Part shown: piece by piece, positions 10,977-20,956 of the stretch
Layout of the letters: the number at the start of each line of letters is the position of its first letter
Numbering within the stretch: the stretch's first letter is position 1
NCBI GenBank assembly: GCA_963830115.1
Contig: CAWHLB010000015.1
Span: 129,178 to 193,177, forward strand
Length of the DNA stretch: 64,000 nucleotides
Direction: 5' to 3'
Source: an uncultured delta proteobacterium
GTDB taxonomy: Bacteria; Myxococcota_A; Polyangia; Polyangiales; CAWHLB01
Notes under the pieces: generated by a model
Seen by the model: only the letters and a program-made list of their open reading frames with translations
Told to the model about the DNA's origin: nothing
The model's database searches: none
Translations under genes and position numbers: made by a program

Positions 10977-13007
10977 TCATGCGGCGCTGGCTGTGCGGGT
11001 TGCCGCGAGCTTCGTGTCGCGTTTCGGCGCACTCCTCGACACGATGAGCTCCCGGAGCGGCTTGCGAACCGAGCGCGCCATCGTGGTGTGCGATCGCGGG
11101 GTGCCGAGCCGTCCCGCGAAGACGAGCGCTTCGACTCCCCGCTCCGGCCACAGCGCCTCGAGGGACTCACCGAGCGCCCGAGCCTGTTCGCGGATGGCGC
11201 GCGAGTCGGTGAACAGAACCCCGTCGAGGCCGTACCGGCCGAACGCGAGGGGCGCCATGCCCGGCTGCATGGCGAGGCCGAGCCGCGTCGCCTCGAGCCA
11301 CATGCGCTGCAGCCCCATGCCGGCGCGGAGCAGGGCGGGGACGCGCTCAGCGCGCGAAGGCGGGCTCCGAAACGCCACGAGGAACTGGGCCCCACAGGCC
11401 ATGCCCGGGAAGAGATCCATCTGTAGGCGGGGCAAGCCCGTGCCGGCGACGCGATTCATCCATTGGACGCGCGTGAAGCTCGAAAGCGCCCACCGCATCG
11501 AGGCGAGCGTGACGATGTCGAGGCCGAGCGAGTGGGCGGGGATGCCGTCGTCGCTCTGGTCGCGTTTGAAGTCGACGATGCGCTGATGCGCCGCGTGCGC
11601 TTCGGGGATCCTGAGGCGGATGTCGGTCGCCTGCATGTTGAGCTGCGTGAGCCTCCAGCGCTCGCGACGCGACTCGAGCCAGCGGACGGTGAGCTCCGGC
11701 CCGAGCGCGTCCTCGAGCGCCCGGCGCTCTTCGGGCCGGAGCGGTGTCGTGTGGTAGGCGTTGCGGTTCACCGAGCGGGCACGGAGAAAGGCGCACCGCG
11801 GGTCCTCCTCGACTGCGGCGTCTCGCGGCATCGATACGTCGATGCGCAAGACGCTGGGGTCGTCGTCTGCGTCGCCGGAAAGCTCCCAGCGCAGCGTTCG
11901 GCCGAAGCGAGTCGCAGCCACGCGCATCGTCTCGAGCAGGAAGCCGCCCGCGAGCCGCGTGAAGTTGCCGTCCAGGTCGTAGACGTCGCCCTCGGGGATC
12001 TGCAGGTGGACGCGCACGGTCTCGGGGCCCGTGCGCTCGAACCTCCACGGTTGGTGGTTGTCGCCGCTCGGTGCCCAGCGCGCCAGATCGAGGATCCTCT
12101 CGATGTCGTCTTCGGCGATTGTGGCGGGTGGCGCCGTTCGTGCGGCGCCGAGATCGTGCAGCATCGAAAAGAGCTTGCGCTTGACGGTCTGCAGAGGGTT
12201 CCTGTGCCCTGCGTGCAGGCGGCCGCGTCGCCACCGGCCCGTGAATGCATCGAACTGTTGGTAGCAGGGCGCCGCCCGGACCTTGCCGCGCCCGAGCAGG
12301 ATCTTGACGGCCTCCGTACCGACGACACCCGCGCAGAGCTGGCAGGCCATGGGAGTCGACGGCGCGCGACCCGCCACGAGGTCGAGCCACTGCGGCTCGG
12401 CGAGCGCTGGCATGTGCAGGGCCCCTGGCGCGAGCCCCGTCAGGAGCCGCGCGAGCTTCTCCTCGCGGCTCCGGCCGCGCCAGCCGAAGTACTGCTCGAA
12501 GGTCATCTGTCCCGGCATGAACACGAGGTACGCCACGCTCATCCCGATGGGCGCCGCCGTGGCCGCCGGGATCCCGAGCGCGGCACAGCGCTCGAAGACG
12601 AGCTCGCGCGCGTCGAGCGCGAAGGTATCGAGGCCGTCTACGTAGAGGTCCACGCCGCGGAGGAACGCGTCAACGTTCGTCGCGTCGATGCCTTCGGCAA
12701 AGGTGCGAATGCGAAGGTCAGGGTCGATGTCGCGGGCCATGGACTCCATCACCTCGACCTTCGGGCGCCCGACGGTGCTCATGGCCGAGCCGACCTGACG
12801 GTTGAAGTTCGCGAGCTCGAAGCGATCGAAGTCCGCGATGTGAAAGCCGCCGATGCCCAGTCGCGCGAGTGTCAGCAAGTGCGCGCCGCCGACGCCGCCC
12901 ATGCCTGCGATGGCGACGGTCTTGTCGCGAAGGAGTTGCTGCTCCCACGCGCCGAGCCAGCCCAGGTTGCGGGAGAAGGCTTCGTCATGGTCGAACGGCG
13001 TGTGCAT
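10977..13007 (-). CDS. oxzB: ThiF-family adenylyltransferase / nitroreductase di-domain protein (OxzB-like oxazolone synthetase)
   Basis: ThiF part: FSRNLGW, VAIAGMGGVGG, DFDRFELANFNRQ, GRPKVEV; nitroreductase part: ARWAPSGDNHQPWRF, RSVNRNAY, AGMGLQRMWLEATRLGLAMQP; ATG at 13007. Confidence 0.85.
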   Translation of the reverse strand: MHTPFDHDEAFSRNLGWLGAWEQQLLRDKTVAIAGMGGVGGAHLLTLARLGIGGFHIADFDRFELANFNRQVGSAMSTVGRPKVEVMESMARDIDPDLRIRTFAEGIDATNVDAFLRGVDLYVDGLDTFALDARELVFERCAALGIPAATAAPIGMSVAYLVFMPGQMTFEQYFGWRGRSREEKLARLLTGLAPGALHMPALAEPQWLDLVAGRAPSTPMACQLCAGVVGTEAVKILLGRGKVRAAPCYQQFDAFTGRWRRGRLHAGHRNPLQTVKRKLFSMLHDLGAARTAPPATIAEDDIERILDLARWAPSGDNHQPWRFERTGPETVRVHLQIPEGDVYDLDGNFTRLAGGFLLETMRVAATRFGRTLRWELSGDADDDPSVLRIDVSMPRDAAVEEDPRCAFLRARSVNRNAYHTTPLRPEERRALEDALGPELTVRWLESRRERWRLTQLNMQATDIRLRIPEAHAAHQRIVDFKRDQSDDGIPAHSLGLDIVTLASMRWALSSFTRVQWMNRVAGTGLPRLQMDLFPGMACGAQFLVAFRSPPSRAERVPALLRAGMGLQRMWLEATRLGLAMQPGMAPLAFGRYGLDGVLFTDSRAIREQARALGESLEALWPERGVEALVFAGRLGTPRSHTTMARSVRKPLRELIVSRSAPKRDTKLAATRTASAA

Positions 13008-13060
13008 GATCTCATCACTCCCTTCCCTGTTCCCCCGGGGTCCCGGACTCGCCCGCCCGG

Positions 13061-13938
13061 TCACGCGACACACGTGAGCGGCACGCGCGCCAGGGTCTCG
13101 TCCGAGCGGACTCGTTCGAGGTGCTCGCGCGCCGGTGGGCGCAGCGTTTGAACGCGATCCGTTCCTTGGAGGAAGAGCCGCTGGAAGACGGCGCGAGGCA
13201 TCTTCCAGCGGGTGACGGCCTCCGGGGAACGTTCGCCCGGTAGCTCGAGCCCGGGGATTCGGACGCTGACCGAAGATGTGCTCGGCGACGCTGTAGCCCG
13301 TCGGTAGCGGAGCTCGGTAGTGCTTGCGGCAGTGGCGCTCGTTCCGTTCTCGTTCGAGCTCCATTCCGATCACGGGTGCCGTGAGACTCGGCGTGATCCC
13401 GTGGCTCGCCGAAGACACCGAAGCCCCAGAGGGCGCGGTAGAAGGGCGCGGCCTTCGGGTGAATCCCGATCACGAGGCGATCGACCCCGAGCCAACCGAA
13501 GGAGAAACGTGCAGCGGCGAGGCTCAGGAGCTGACACACGCCGCTGTGATGACACCGGCCGACGATCCCGAACGAGCCGAGCTCCGCGATCCTCTCCCCA
13601 CGCTTCCGGAAGCCGCAAAGCCGAGCGCCGTAGTCGTTGTCGAGTGGCAGCCCGGCCGGCGAGTCCGTGGTCACCGTCATCGTCCCGACGAGCTGGTCTC
13701 CCTCGTAGCAGACCAATACGGTCGACTCCGGCAGGAGGTGTTGGTCCGTGATGCGCATGACCGGCGCGTCGAGGGACTCGATGCCTTGCCAGGCGTAGGC
13801 GATGTGGAGGAGGCGGAACGCTTGCTCGTAGTCCTCGGTCGTTCGTGCGATCCGCACGGTGAATCGAGCGGGGTCGATCTTGTGGAAGCCTGCCTTGCGT
13901 CGAATCAGGTGATCCTCGACAGCCCGGGGTGCCCGCAT
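13061..13938 (-). CDS. FeeM-type N-acyl amino acid synthase, copy 1 (frameshifts near 13387 and 13258)
   Basis: RIARTTEDYEQAFRLLHIAY, TMTVTTDSPAGLPLD, IGIHPKAAPFYRALWGF; after two +1 corrections the end reads KMPRAVFQRLFLQGTDRVQTLRPPAREHLERVRSDETL, aligning with copy 2 (KLPRQVFQDLFLRRSNRVETLRPTTRGYLRTQRSDETL); TGA 13061-13063; RBS AGGAAGGA before ATG 13938. Confidence 0.8.
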
Positions 13939-14077
13939 GACTCGTTCCTTCCTCGTGCCGGTCGCCTCCCCGGCACTCTTCGGTCCATGTCCGCTGGCCG
14001 GTGCGACCTTCACGGCCGAACCACTTTTCTTTCGCGGAGGTCGCATGGGCCGAGTGAAACGGCTCACTCATGTGTGA

Positions 14078-14145
14078 CGGGTCGCGCGGACGAGCGTGCG
14101 GCGCACCACCCATCGGGCGGCGGGTCGCGCGGACGAGCGTGCGGC
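14078..14145. repeat. Perfect 25-bp direct repeat, two copies
   Basis: CGGGTCGCGCGGACGAGCGTGCGGC at 14078-14102 and 14121-14145 (43-bp period), intergenic, upstream of the feeM-oxzB-feeM operon. Confidence 0.9.
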
Positions 14146-14186
14146 TCGCGCATCTCGCCAGGGGCCGAGAATCGGTCGGTCGCGCC

Positions 14187-15065
14187 TCAGCGGGCGAGGC
14201 CGGTCTGCATGCGAACCCGTTCGCTGAAGGGCCCCGTCGGGTGGCGCGCGAGGAAGCGGCTGGCGCGCGTGCGCGCCTGGTCCTGTCGGTTCAAACGGAC
14301 GAGCGCGAAGATCGCGATCGCCTGCCGCTCTTCCTGAAAGAGGCCGTTCGGAAACTGCCGCTGCCCTTGCTCGGCGAGGGCAAGGGCACGGGCGGGGTCT
14401 GCGGCGAGCGCGCGACGGGTTTCGGCGAGCAGGGCGATCTCCGCTCGGACGATGTCCTGCTTCGTGGTGGGCGCTGCCTGCGTCGGCTCCGGCGCGGCTT
14501 GCTCGTGCGGGGGTGCCGCCTGTTCGTGCGCCGGTGAGGTCTCCGTCCTGCGATTCGCGGTCGGCGGGGATGGGTGCCCCGAATGGCGAGCGTGGTGTCG
14601 GTGCTCGCGGGTCGGCGGGGCGAAGGTTGGCGGAGCGACTTCAGCGGGTCGGGCCGTGATCGGCGGAGCGCTGGCGGGCTTCGTCGCCGGAGCGCGTTCT
14701 GCGGGTGCAGCCGGCGCCGTCACGGCGGGTCGCGCGGGGGCGCTCTCCTTGGGCGCGCGCGACGCCCACATCCATACACCCACCCCGACGGAGGCCGTGA
14801 TCAACCCGGCCACGACGAGGCCCTTGATCCCCGCGGCCGCCGACGTCGTCGCCGCCCCAACGTGGGCCGTCGCCGGGCCCGTGCTCGGGGCATGGCTCGT
14901 GCTGCCGGCTCCCGTGCCACCGCTCGCCCCGATCGCGGCTTCGAATCGCGCGAGCCCGGCCGCGACGTCGTAGCGGGGAGTCCACTCGGCCGCATCCGCG
15001 AGGTCTTGATGCAGCTCTTCCGGCAGCGACGGATCATCGAGCAAGCGCGGCGGGTCGGCGCTCAT
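14187..15065 (-). CDS. Putative anti-sigma factor (single TM, Pro/Ala linker, C-terminal TPR-like domain)
   Basis: Start overlaps the ECF sigma stop; TM GLVVAGLITASVGVGVWMW; C-terminus EIALLAETRRAL..FPNGLFQEERQAIAI..FLARHPTGP. Confidence 0.7.
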   Translation of the reverse strand: MSADPPRLLDDPSLPEELHQDLADAAEWTPRYDVAAGLARFEAAIGASGGTGAGSTSHAPSTGPATAHVGAATTSAAAGIKGLVVAGLITASVGVGVWMWASRAPKESAPARPAVTAPAAPAERAPATKPASAPPITARPAEVAPPTFAPPTREHRHHARHSGHPSPPTANRRTETSPAHEQAAPPHEQAAPEPTQAAPTTKQDIVRAEIALLAETRRALAADPARALALAEQGQRQFPNGLFQEERQAIAIFALVRLNRQDQARTRASRFLARHPTGPFSERVRMQTGLAR

Positions 15066-15662
15066 CCGGCCCTCCTGCTGCTTCGGCTCGCTTCCTCTTG
15101 CACGAGCTTGCCGTGAGCCCGCTTGAAGTGCTCACGAGCGTGGTGCAAGCGCGAGTAAACGGTGCCCTTCGGTATGGAAAGCGCTTCGGAGATGCCCTCG
15201 CAGCTCACGCCCTCGAGCTCGTAGAGCACGAACACGGCGCGGTGGTCGAGGTCGAGGGCGTCCAGGGCTTCGGCGACGCGTCGGAGCGACTCTCGGGCCT
15301 CCGAGGTGGCCAGAGGGTTGCCGCCGGTGGCCACTGCCCCATCGACCCGTTCTGCATCCAGCACGGTTCGCTTGCGGCGAGCCGAGCGCCGATGATTCGA
15401 GGCGGTGCGCACGGCGATGGCAGCGAGCCACGTCGTGGCCTGTGCCGCCCGCCCCGTGGGGGCTTGCTCCCCCCGCTGCTCGAACCCACCCCGCCGATGT
15501 GCCGTCAAGAACACTTCCTGAACCACGTCGTCGATTTCCTCGGCCGGTAGACCGAGTCGACGGAACGAAGCGTGCCACAAAACCCGCATGCCGGCGGAAC
15601 AGCTCGCCGGCGTCCACCGTCGTCACACCCTGTTCATGTCCGGCACCGGGGCGGTCCATCAC
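15062..15662 (-). CDS. ECF RNA polymerase sigma factor (frameshift near 15563)
   Basis: ELFRRHAGFVARF joined to RRLG..IDDVVQEVFL, TTWLAAIA, RAVFVLYELEG, IPKGTVYSRLHHAR (regions 2 and 4). Confidence 0.9.
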
Positions 15663-16582
15663 TGAAAATCGAGCACGAGGTCGAGACCGAGGGCTGCGCC
15701 CGCGATCGGAAAGGTCTTTTCGGCGACGACGGGCCCGTCGACCCCCTGCGTCACCTGCGCGACCGGCCGCACGATGGGCACTAGCCCCTGGATGAAAGGC
15801 TCCACGCCGAAGGGACCCGCGAGCTGGATACGCGCCGCGAGGCGGAGCGAGGCAGCCACCCAGAGCAGGTCAGCGGTCTTGGATTGGTCGTACCCTGCCC
15901 CTTCGGCGTTCGCGAGCCCGGCTGCGATGCCCGGGCAGGCGGCCACGCGAACCCAATCGAAGTGATCGTAGATGCAGCCGTCGATGCGACCCCCGACGAG
16001 GGTGATCCGGGCGCTGCCGGGAGGGACCTGCACCCGTGTCGGCACGCTGGCCATCCCGCTCACCGCGAGCCCGAGCCGGCGCCAGGCCACCTCCACGCCG
16101 GCTTCGACTCCTGCGGTGATGTTCGGGACCACTTGCCACAGGCCGAGGCCGCCGACCTCGACCGCAAGGCTCGCCTCGTCGCTTCTCGGCTCGGAAGGAG
16201 GCGCGGGGACGCCGAGCGACCCCAGGATGGTCGAGTCGATGGCGAGCGCAACGGCGAGGCCGAGCGCGGCCTGTCGGTCGGGGCACGCAGCCGGTACGTG
16301 CGCAAACTGGCGCTCTGCGCTCTCGCGCCCGTTGCGGAGCATGTCGAAGCGGAGCGTTCCGGCGCTGGCGCGCACGCGCACACGCACGCGCGCGTCCACC
16401 GTGCCCCGGCCTAGCCAGGCGGCGACCCGCTGGGCCGCTGCCTCCCAATCGATGCAGCCGTCGTCACCCTGGACCGTGATGGCGCGTGCCAGGGGTTGCA
16501 TGGGAGCGGCCTGTGCATCCGCTCGTACGGCGGGCACGCCGGCCGAAAGAGCAAACGCGAGGACCGAGAGCGCGGTGCGCAC
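15659..16582 (-). CDS. Exported protein with probable C-terminal beta-barrel
   Basis: Signal peptide (RTALSVLAFALSAGVPAVRA), N-terminal domain with Cys pair, alternating beta strands ending LGLDLVLDFQ; stop overlaps sigma start. Confidence 0.65.
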   Translation of the reverse strand: MRTALSVLAFALSAGVPAVRADAQAAPMQPLARAITVQGDDGCIDWEAAAQRVAAWLGRGTVDARVRVRVRASAGTLRFDMLRNGRESAERQFAHVPAACPDRQAALGLAVALAIDSTILGSLGVPAPPSEPRSDEASLAVEVGGLGLWQVVPNITAGVEAGVEVAWRRLGLAVSGMASVPTRVQVPPGSARITLVGGRIDGCIYDHFDWVRVAACPGIAAGLANAEGAGYDQSKTADLLWVAASLRLAARIQLAGPFGVEPFIQGLVPIVRPVAQVTQGVDGPVVAEKTFPIAGAALGLDLVLDFQ

Positions 16583-16738
16583 GGTGCTACCGTGCCATCG
16601 CGCCGGCCGCGAACGCAATTGGGGCGCCGCTCCGCCGCCTTCACGGACCGACGAAACGCGCGGGAACCGATCGAGAGGGCGGCGGCTCGGTTGCGGGGCT
16701 GTGATAGGGTACGGGCTGTGCGCTGGCGGGCTTCCCAT

Positions 16739-18229
16739 GTGCGTTTCCTGCTGACGCTGTTCACCCCACGGCTGCTCCTCGGGGTCGTGCCCGCCGCCCT
16801 CGGTTGCAGCGCGACCGGCACGGTGGGCGTGGTTCAGGGCGCGGACGCCGGTGCGGGCGCGGACGCGGACGCCGGTGCGGACGCGGGCGCGAACCTGGCC
16901 TGCCCGCTAGGACGCACCAAAGGGACCGAGTGGGTGGTCGACGTGCCCCCGACGACGGCGGCGACCAGCGACAACCCGTTCCCCGCTGTCTTCCCCCGCG
17001 CTCCGGCCATCGACCGGCAGGGTCGGATCTTTCTCTCCCTCGAGGGCGAGGGCTCGGCGTTTTCGTTCAGCGGCACGGAATCTCCGGCGCCTCTTCCGGG
17101 CGCGCCTTCTCTCGGTCCGGTCAGCTCCATGCCTGTCGCCCTCGATGCCACCGGCGCGGCCATCCTCGCCTCGCCAAACCAGGTTCTGGCCCCCCCCGAC
17201 CCTTCCTCGTCCGTGTCCCAGCTCCGCTTCGACCGACCGGCGCCGGACGAGGCCGGCGGTGCATGGTTCCTCGCGAGCTTCAGCGGTAGCGTTCTCTTCA
17301 ACGGCACCTCGAGCCCACTGACGACGACGACCCAACGCATGGCCCTCCTTCATGTGACGGCATCCGGAAACGTCAATCGCTTCCAGGCCTGGGACCCAAG
17401 CCTCACCGGCGGCTACGGCGTGGCCTACGATGCAACCGGGCAGGAGGTCGCGATCGTCGGCGGAGCGAACGCCGCACCGCTGCTCGGCAACCTCACCGGC
17501 AGCTTCCTGAGCGTCTTTTCCGCGACCGATCTCGCGCATCCCCGCTGGTTCGCCGACGTCGCGCCCTACGAGCGACCGACCGAGCCCGCCTTCTACGGCC
17601 ACGCCGTCTTCATCGCCGGGCCGGGAAGCCACCAGCTCGCGATCCCGTTAGCCTCCGGACCGACGTTGTGGCTGCGCGAGGACGATCGAGGCCTCTCGTC
17701 GAACGTCTCGACATGGACGGCGACCAGCGGAGGCGAGTGGGAGCTCAATGATGTCCACGTCGATGACGCAGGCAACCGATACCTCGCGGGCAATGCGGTC
17801 GGACCCGGCGGGGACTTCGGCGACGGAATGGTGTTGCAGACGGGGTCGTCCGTGAGCCCCACCACCCCCGTGGTGGGCTTCGTCGTCTCCTTCGATGGCA
17901 GCAATGCGCTTCGATGGGTGCGGTTCTTCCAGACGTCCGATCCATCCCAGTTCTGCTACACCGATGCGATGAGCGCCGCGCCCGATGGGCGCGTCTACGC
18001 GCTGCTCGAGTGTCCCTCCGGCGTCACGTTGGATGTCGCAGGCACGACGGTCGCTTCCGTGGGGCGGGGGACCCTACTGGCCCTCGACGCCACGGGCCAC
18101 CTTCTGTGGTCTCGACTGATCCACCAAGACATCCACGAGGAGGTCGCCGCCGACCCGTGCGTCGACGCGGTCGTGGTCACGACGAGGAACCGCTACGATG
18201 CATGGATCGCGCGTTTCGTCGGACCGTGA
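16739..18229 (+). CDS. Lipoprotein with DAG linker and beta-propeller repeats
   Basis: Lipobox ALGC, ADAGAG repeats, VHVDDAGNRYLAG, AAPDGRVY, LDATGHLLWS, DAWIARF. Confidence 0.7.
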   Translation: MRFLLTLFTPRLLLGVVPAALGCSATGTVGVVQGADAGAGADADAGADAGANLACPLGRTKGTEWVVDVPPTTAATSDNPFPAVFPRAPAIDRQGRIFLSLEGEGSAFSFSGTESPAPLPGAPSLGPVSSMPVALDATGAAILASPNQVLAPPDPSSSVSQLRFDRPAPDEAGGAWFLASFSGSVLFNGTSSPLTTTTQRMALLHVTASGNVNRFQAWDPSLTGGYGVAYDATGQEVAIVGGANAAPLLGNLTGSFLSVFSATDLAHPRWFADVAPYERPTEPAFYGHAVFIAGPGSHQLAIPLASGPTLWLREDDRGLSSNVSTWTATSGGEWELNDVHVDDAGNRYLAGNAVGPGGDFGDGMVLQTGSSVSPTTPVVGFVVSFDGSNALRWVRFFQTSDPSQFCYTDAMSAAPDGRVYALLECPSGVTLDVAGTTVASVGRGTLLALDATGHLLWSRLIHQDIHEEVAADPCVDAVVVTTRNRYDAWIARFVGP

Positions 18230-18896
18230 TGCAGGCGGCGGCGCCCGTCCAGGGCATCAGGAGCCGCCGATAGAACAGCCCCACGCCACCCCACATCGTC
18301 GCGAACCACAGCGGTATGCCACCGCCCGGGTAGCTCCACTGCCCGGTGGCGACGCCGACGTGCTCTATCGCGGCGCCGACGAGGACGCCGTAGCCGACGT
18401 AGGCGAGGTCGAACGGGTCCGAGAGCACCAGGAGCGCGGCGAGGAGGACGGTCAGTGTGATGGGCAGCAAGAGGGCGCCGTTCGTCACGAGCGCGAAGGG
18501 AAGAGCGAACAGCACCGCGAAGACCGCCGCGATCTTGAAGCCCTCGTCGGGCACGGGTCCCCGCACCGCACGGCCGAAGTGGAGCAGGTAGAAGCCCCAC
18601 ATCACGAGCTCGTAGGCGGGCATGCCGAGAACGTCGGGGTGGCGAAAGGCGAAGACCCCGTGTCGCAGCGCGCCGACATTCATCGCGCAGAAGAAGAGGC
18701 ATCCCCCGACGAACACCGCTGCCTCGCGCCACGAGAGGCGCGGGAAGGACAGCGCCCACAGGACGAGGAGCGCGAGGAGCTTCCACAGGTTGCCCGGAAC
18801 GAGCGCGAGGATGGCCAGGGTGCCGACCAGCTGGAGGGCGCTCTGGGCGCGGCGACTGCGGCGAAACGCGGTCCACGGGTGCATGGCGCGCCTCAC
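18177..18896 (-). CDS. Integral membrane protein (DUF2878-like, two internal repeats)
   Basis: About 8 hydrophobic segments; paired motifs GVFAF.HP..LGMPAYELVMWG and GQWSYP..GIPLWFATMWG; start overlaps oxidase stop. Confidence 0.7.
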   Translation of the reverse strand: MRRAMHPWTAFRRSRRAQSALQLVGTLAILALVPGNLWKLLALLVLWALSFPRLSWREAAVFVGGCLFFCAMNVGALRHGVFAFRHPDVLGMPAYELVMWGFYLLHFGRAVRGPVPDEGFKIAAVFAVLFALPFALVTNGALLLPITLTVLLAALLVLSDPFDLAYVGYGVLVGAAIEHVGVATGQWSYPGGGIPLWFATMWGGVGLFYRRLLMPWTGAAACITVRRNARSMHRSGSSS

Positions 18897-20656
18897 GCTA
18901 CGGCCACCGGCTGCCCTTCGTCGTACGAGGGGTGATCTACTTCTTCGGTCTCGTCGCGCGTGAGCGCGTAGCGACCGGGGGCGATGAGGTGCTGCGGATC
19001 GACGGCCTCCTTGATCCGCGTCGCCAGCTGCCAGAAAGGCAGCTCCGGACGCACGAGGCGATCACGGAAGCGCGGGCCCACGCGGTAGGGGAGAAAGCCG
19101 CTCTTGCATCCCTCCGCGAGCAGCGCGTCGTAGCACGCGTGGGCCCGGGCGACCGCGGCGGGGTCGTCGCGATCGAACAGAAGCGGCACCGTGCTGTCGA
19201 AGCAGCGATCGGAGACGCTCGTCAGCGTGATCAACGGCTCGATGCCGTGAGCCACGCAGATCCGATCGACCATCGCCGTGTACCGGCGCACGGCCTCGGG
19301 GCGCATGGGCACGAGTGGCGCGTACCAGAGCAGGCCGCACCCGTCGCGCGCCGGATCGAGCGGCCTGCCCTCGGGGGCCCGCGTGCCCGCGCGCCAGTAG
19401 CAGAGCGGCAGCGCGACCTCGTTCGGCCGCCCGGTCAGCACCTCGAAGCTCGACTCGAGCGTCGCGACCAGCGCACCGAGGCGCTGGCGGGCGCGGCGCG
19501 GCAACACGCGGAGCAGCTTCTCGAGGAAGCGGACCGTGGACGGCCGCAGAAACAGGAGGCGTCGCGTCAGCGGACGGATCTCCTTGCGGATCATGCGCCG
19601 CACGGCGCGCACCACGTGGCGCGGTCCGTAGATCGTGCCCATGCCGGTCCAGGCCGCGACGCGATGCTGCTTGGCGAAGCGCGCCACCGTTTCGTCGTCG
19701 AGGACCTCGCCGCGCGCGTTCGGATCGCCGGGGTGCGGGATCGTCATCGAGAGGATGCGTCGGCGGTTCATCAGGTTGATCGATCCCGTGATGTTGCCGA
19801 CCGAGCGAAGCACGTTGCGCACGCGCTCGACCGCCGCCTCGAGCCGCGCGTCGTCCTCGACCCAGAAGTAGAAGGCCGCCACCTCTTCGGGCACGCGCGC
19901 GAGGACGATCGTGGCGCGCGTGACGATGCCGAGGCCGCCCTGAGCGAAGAGGCCGTCGACGTAGGGACCGAGGCCCCACTTGAAGAGCTGGTCGATCTCC
20001 TCGCCGCCGAGCTCCGCGAGGGCCGAGCGGTACACGCGGCCCTCGGGCAGCACCGCCTCGAGGGACATGACCGCGCCGAAGTGATCGGCGTGCGGCGTGA
20101 CGCCGTAGCCGCGCTCGAGCGCGTTGCCGAGCAGGCTACAGGAGGGACCGGCACCGGTCGTGGGCACCATGAAGGGCAGGCCCTGCTCGTCGAGGAAGCG
20201 CCGCAGGTCGCCCTGCGTGACGCCCGGCTCGACCGTGACCGTGCCGAGCTCGGCGTCGAAGGCGACGATGCGGTTCATGCCGGACAGGTCGACGAGCACG
20301 CCCTCGTCGGCCGAGGGGGTGGCCGTTCCGTAGCCCCAGTTCCTGCCCGTGCTCACCGGGTGCAGCGGGACGCGGTGCTGCCGCGCGATGTCGACGAGGC
20401 ACACCACCTGCTCGGTCGAGCGCGGACAGAGGGCGATGGGCGCCGAGCGCAGCGCGGCGTCCGTGTCGCGGCCGTAGCGATCCTTCGCCTCGGCCCCCAC
20501 TGCGACACCGCGCTCACCCAGCAGAACGCGCCACGCGGCGACGGCGCGCGGCAGGTCCGGGCCGTCGAGCGGCTCGCCGGTCGTCGCGGCCCGCAACCGT
20601 GCCTGCGACCCCTTGCGACTCTGAGCGTCCGTTCCGTGCCCCGTCGAAAGCGCCAT
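18893..20656 (-). CDS. FAD-binding oxidoreductase, vanillyl-alcohol oxidase / p-cresol methylhydroxylase family (FeeG/CndG-like)
   Basis: PVSTGRNWGYG, DLSGMNRI, VEPGVTQ, GNALERGYGVTP, FKWGLGPYVDGLF, GIVTRATI, IKEAVDPQHLIAPGRY. Confidence 0.88.
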   Translation of the reverse strand: MALSTGHGTDAQSRKGSQARLRAATTGEPLDGPDLPRAVAAWRVLLGERGVAVGAEAKDRYGRDTDAALRSAPIALCPRSTEQVVCLVDIARQHRVPLHPVSTGRNWGYGTATPSADEGVLVDLSGMNRIVAFDAELGTVTVEPGVTQGDLRRFLDEQGLPFMVPTTGAGPSCSLLGNALERGYGVTPHADHFGAVMSLEAVLPEGRVYRSALAELGGEEIDQLFKWGLGPYVDGLFAQGGLGIVTRATIVLARVPEEVAAFYFWVEDDARLEAAVERVRNVLRSVGNITGSINLMNRRRILSMTIPHPGDPNARGEVLDDETVARFAKQHRVAAWTGMGTIYGPRHVVRAVRRMIRKEIRPLTRRLLFLRPSTVRFLEKLLRVLPRRARQRLGALVATLESSFEVLTGRPNEVALPLCYWRAGTRAPEGRPLDPARDGCGLLWYAPLVPMRPEAVRRYTAMVDRICVAHGIEPLITLTSVSDRCFDSTVPLLFDRDDPAAVARAHACYDALLAEGCKSGFLPYRVGPRFRDRLVRPELPFWQLATRIKEAVDPQHLIAPGRYALTRDETEEVDHPSYDEGQPVAVA

Positions 20657-20956
20657 GGCGACCTCCAAACAGTGGGTCGCACCGGCTCGGCAGACGGCTA
20701 AACGAAACTCTGGCCTCGGGGGGTCGCGCCGAAAAGGCCCCGAGCAGGCGGCGAGCGGCCTCGGCGAACCGGCCCTCGGGACGGCGGCTCGGGTAGTCCC
20801 GAGGCAGGGGCCGTTCCGCGGGAGCGGGCGAGGGCGCCGACGCATGCGGCGCTCGCGAGCACCATGCTATCTTCGTCGGGCGCTTGCCGCTCCTAGCTTC
20901 CCGGCGCCGGTCATCCGCCCACCGTGGATGGACGAGAGGCGGAAAGCAGGATCCGA

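Noticed and set aside
10977-13007. RiPP (azole) maturation or molybdopterin/thiamine role for the ThiF-nitroreductase
   Set aside because: No YcaO, precursor peptide or sulfur carrier nearby; the flanking N-acyltransferases fit OxzAB better.
9715-13938. LuxI-type quorum-sensing synthases
   Set aside because: Motifs (LLHxAY, DSxxGLPLD, V/IxPxxxxY) are FeeM-like and no LuxR gene is present.
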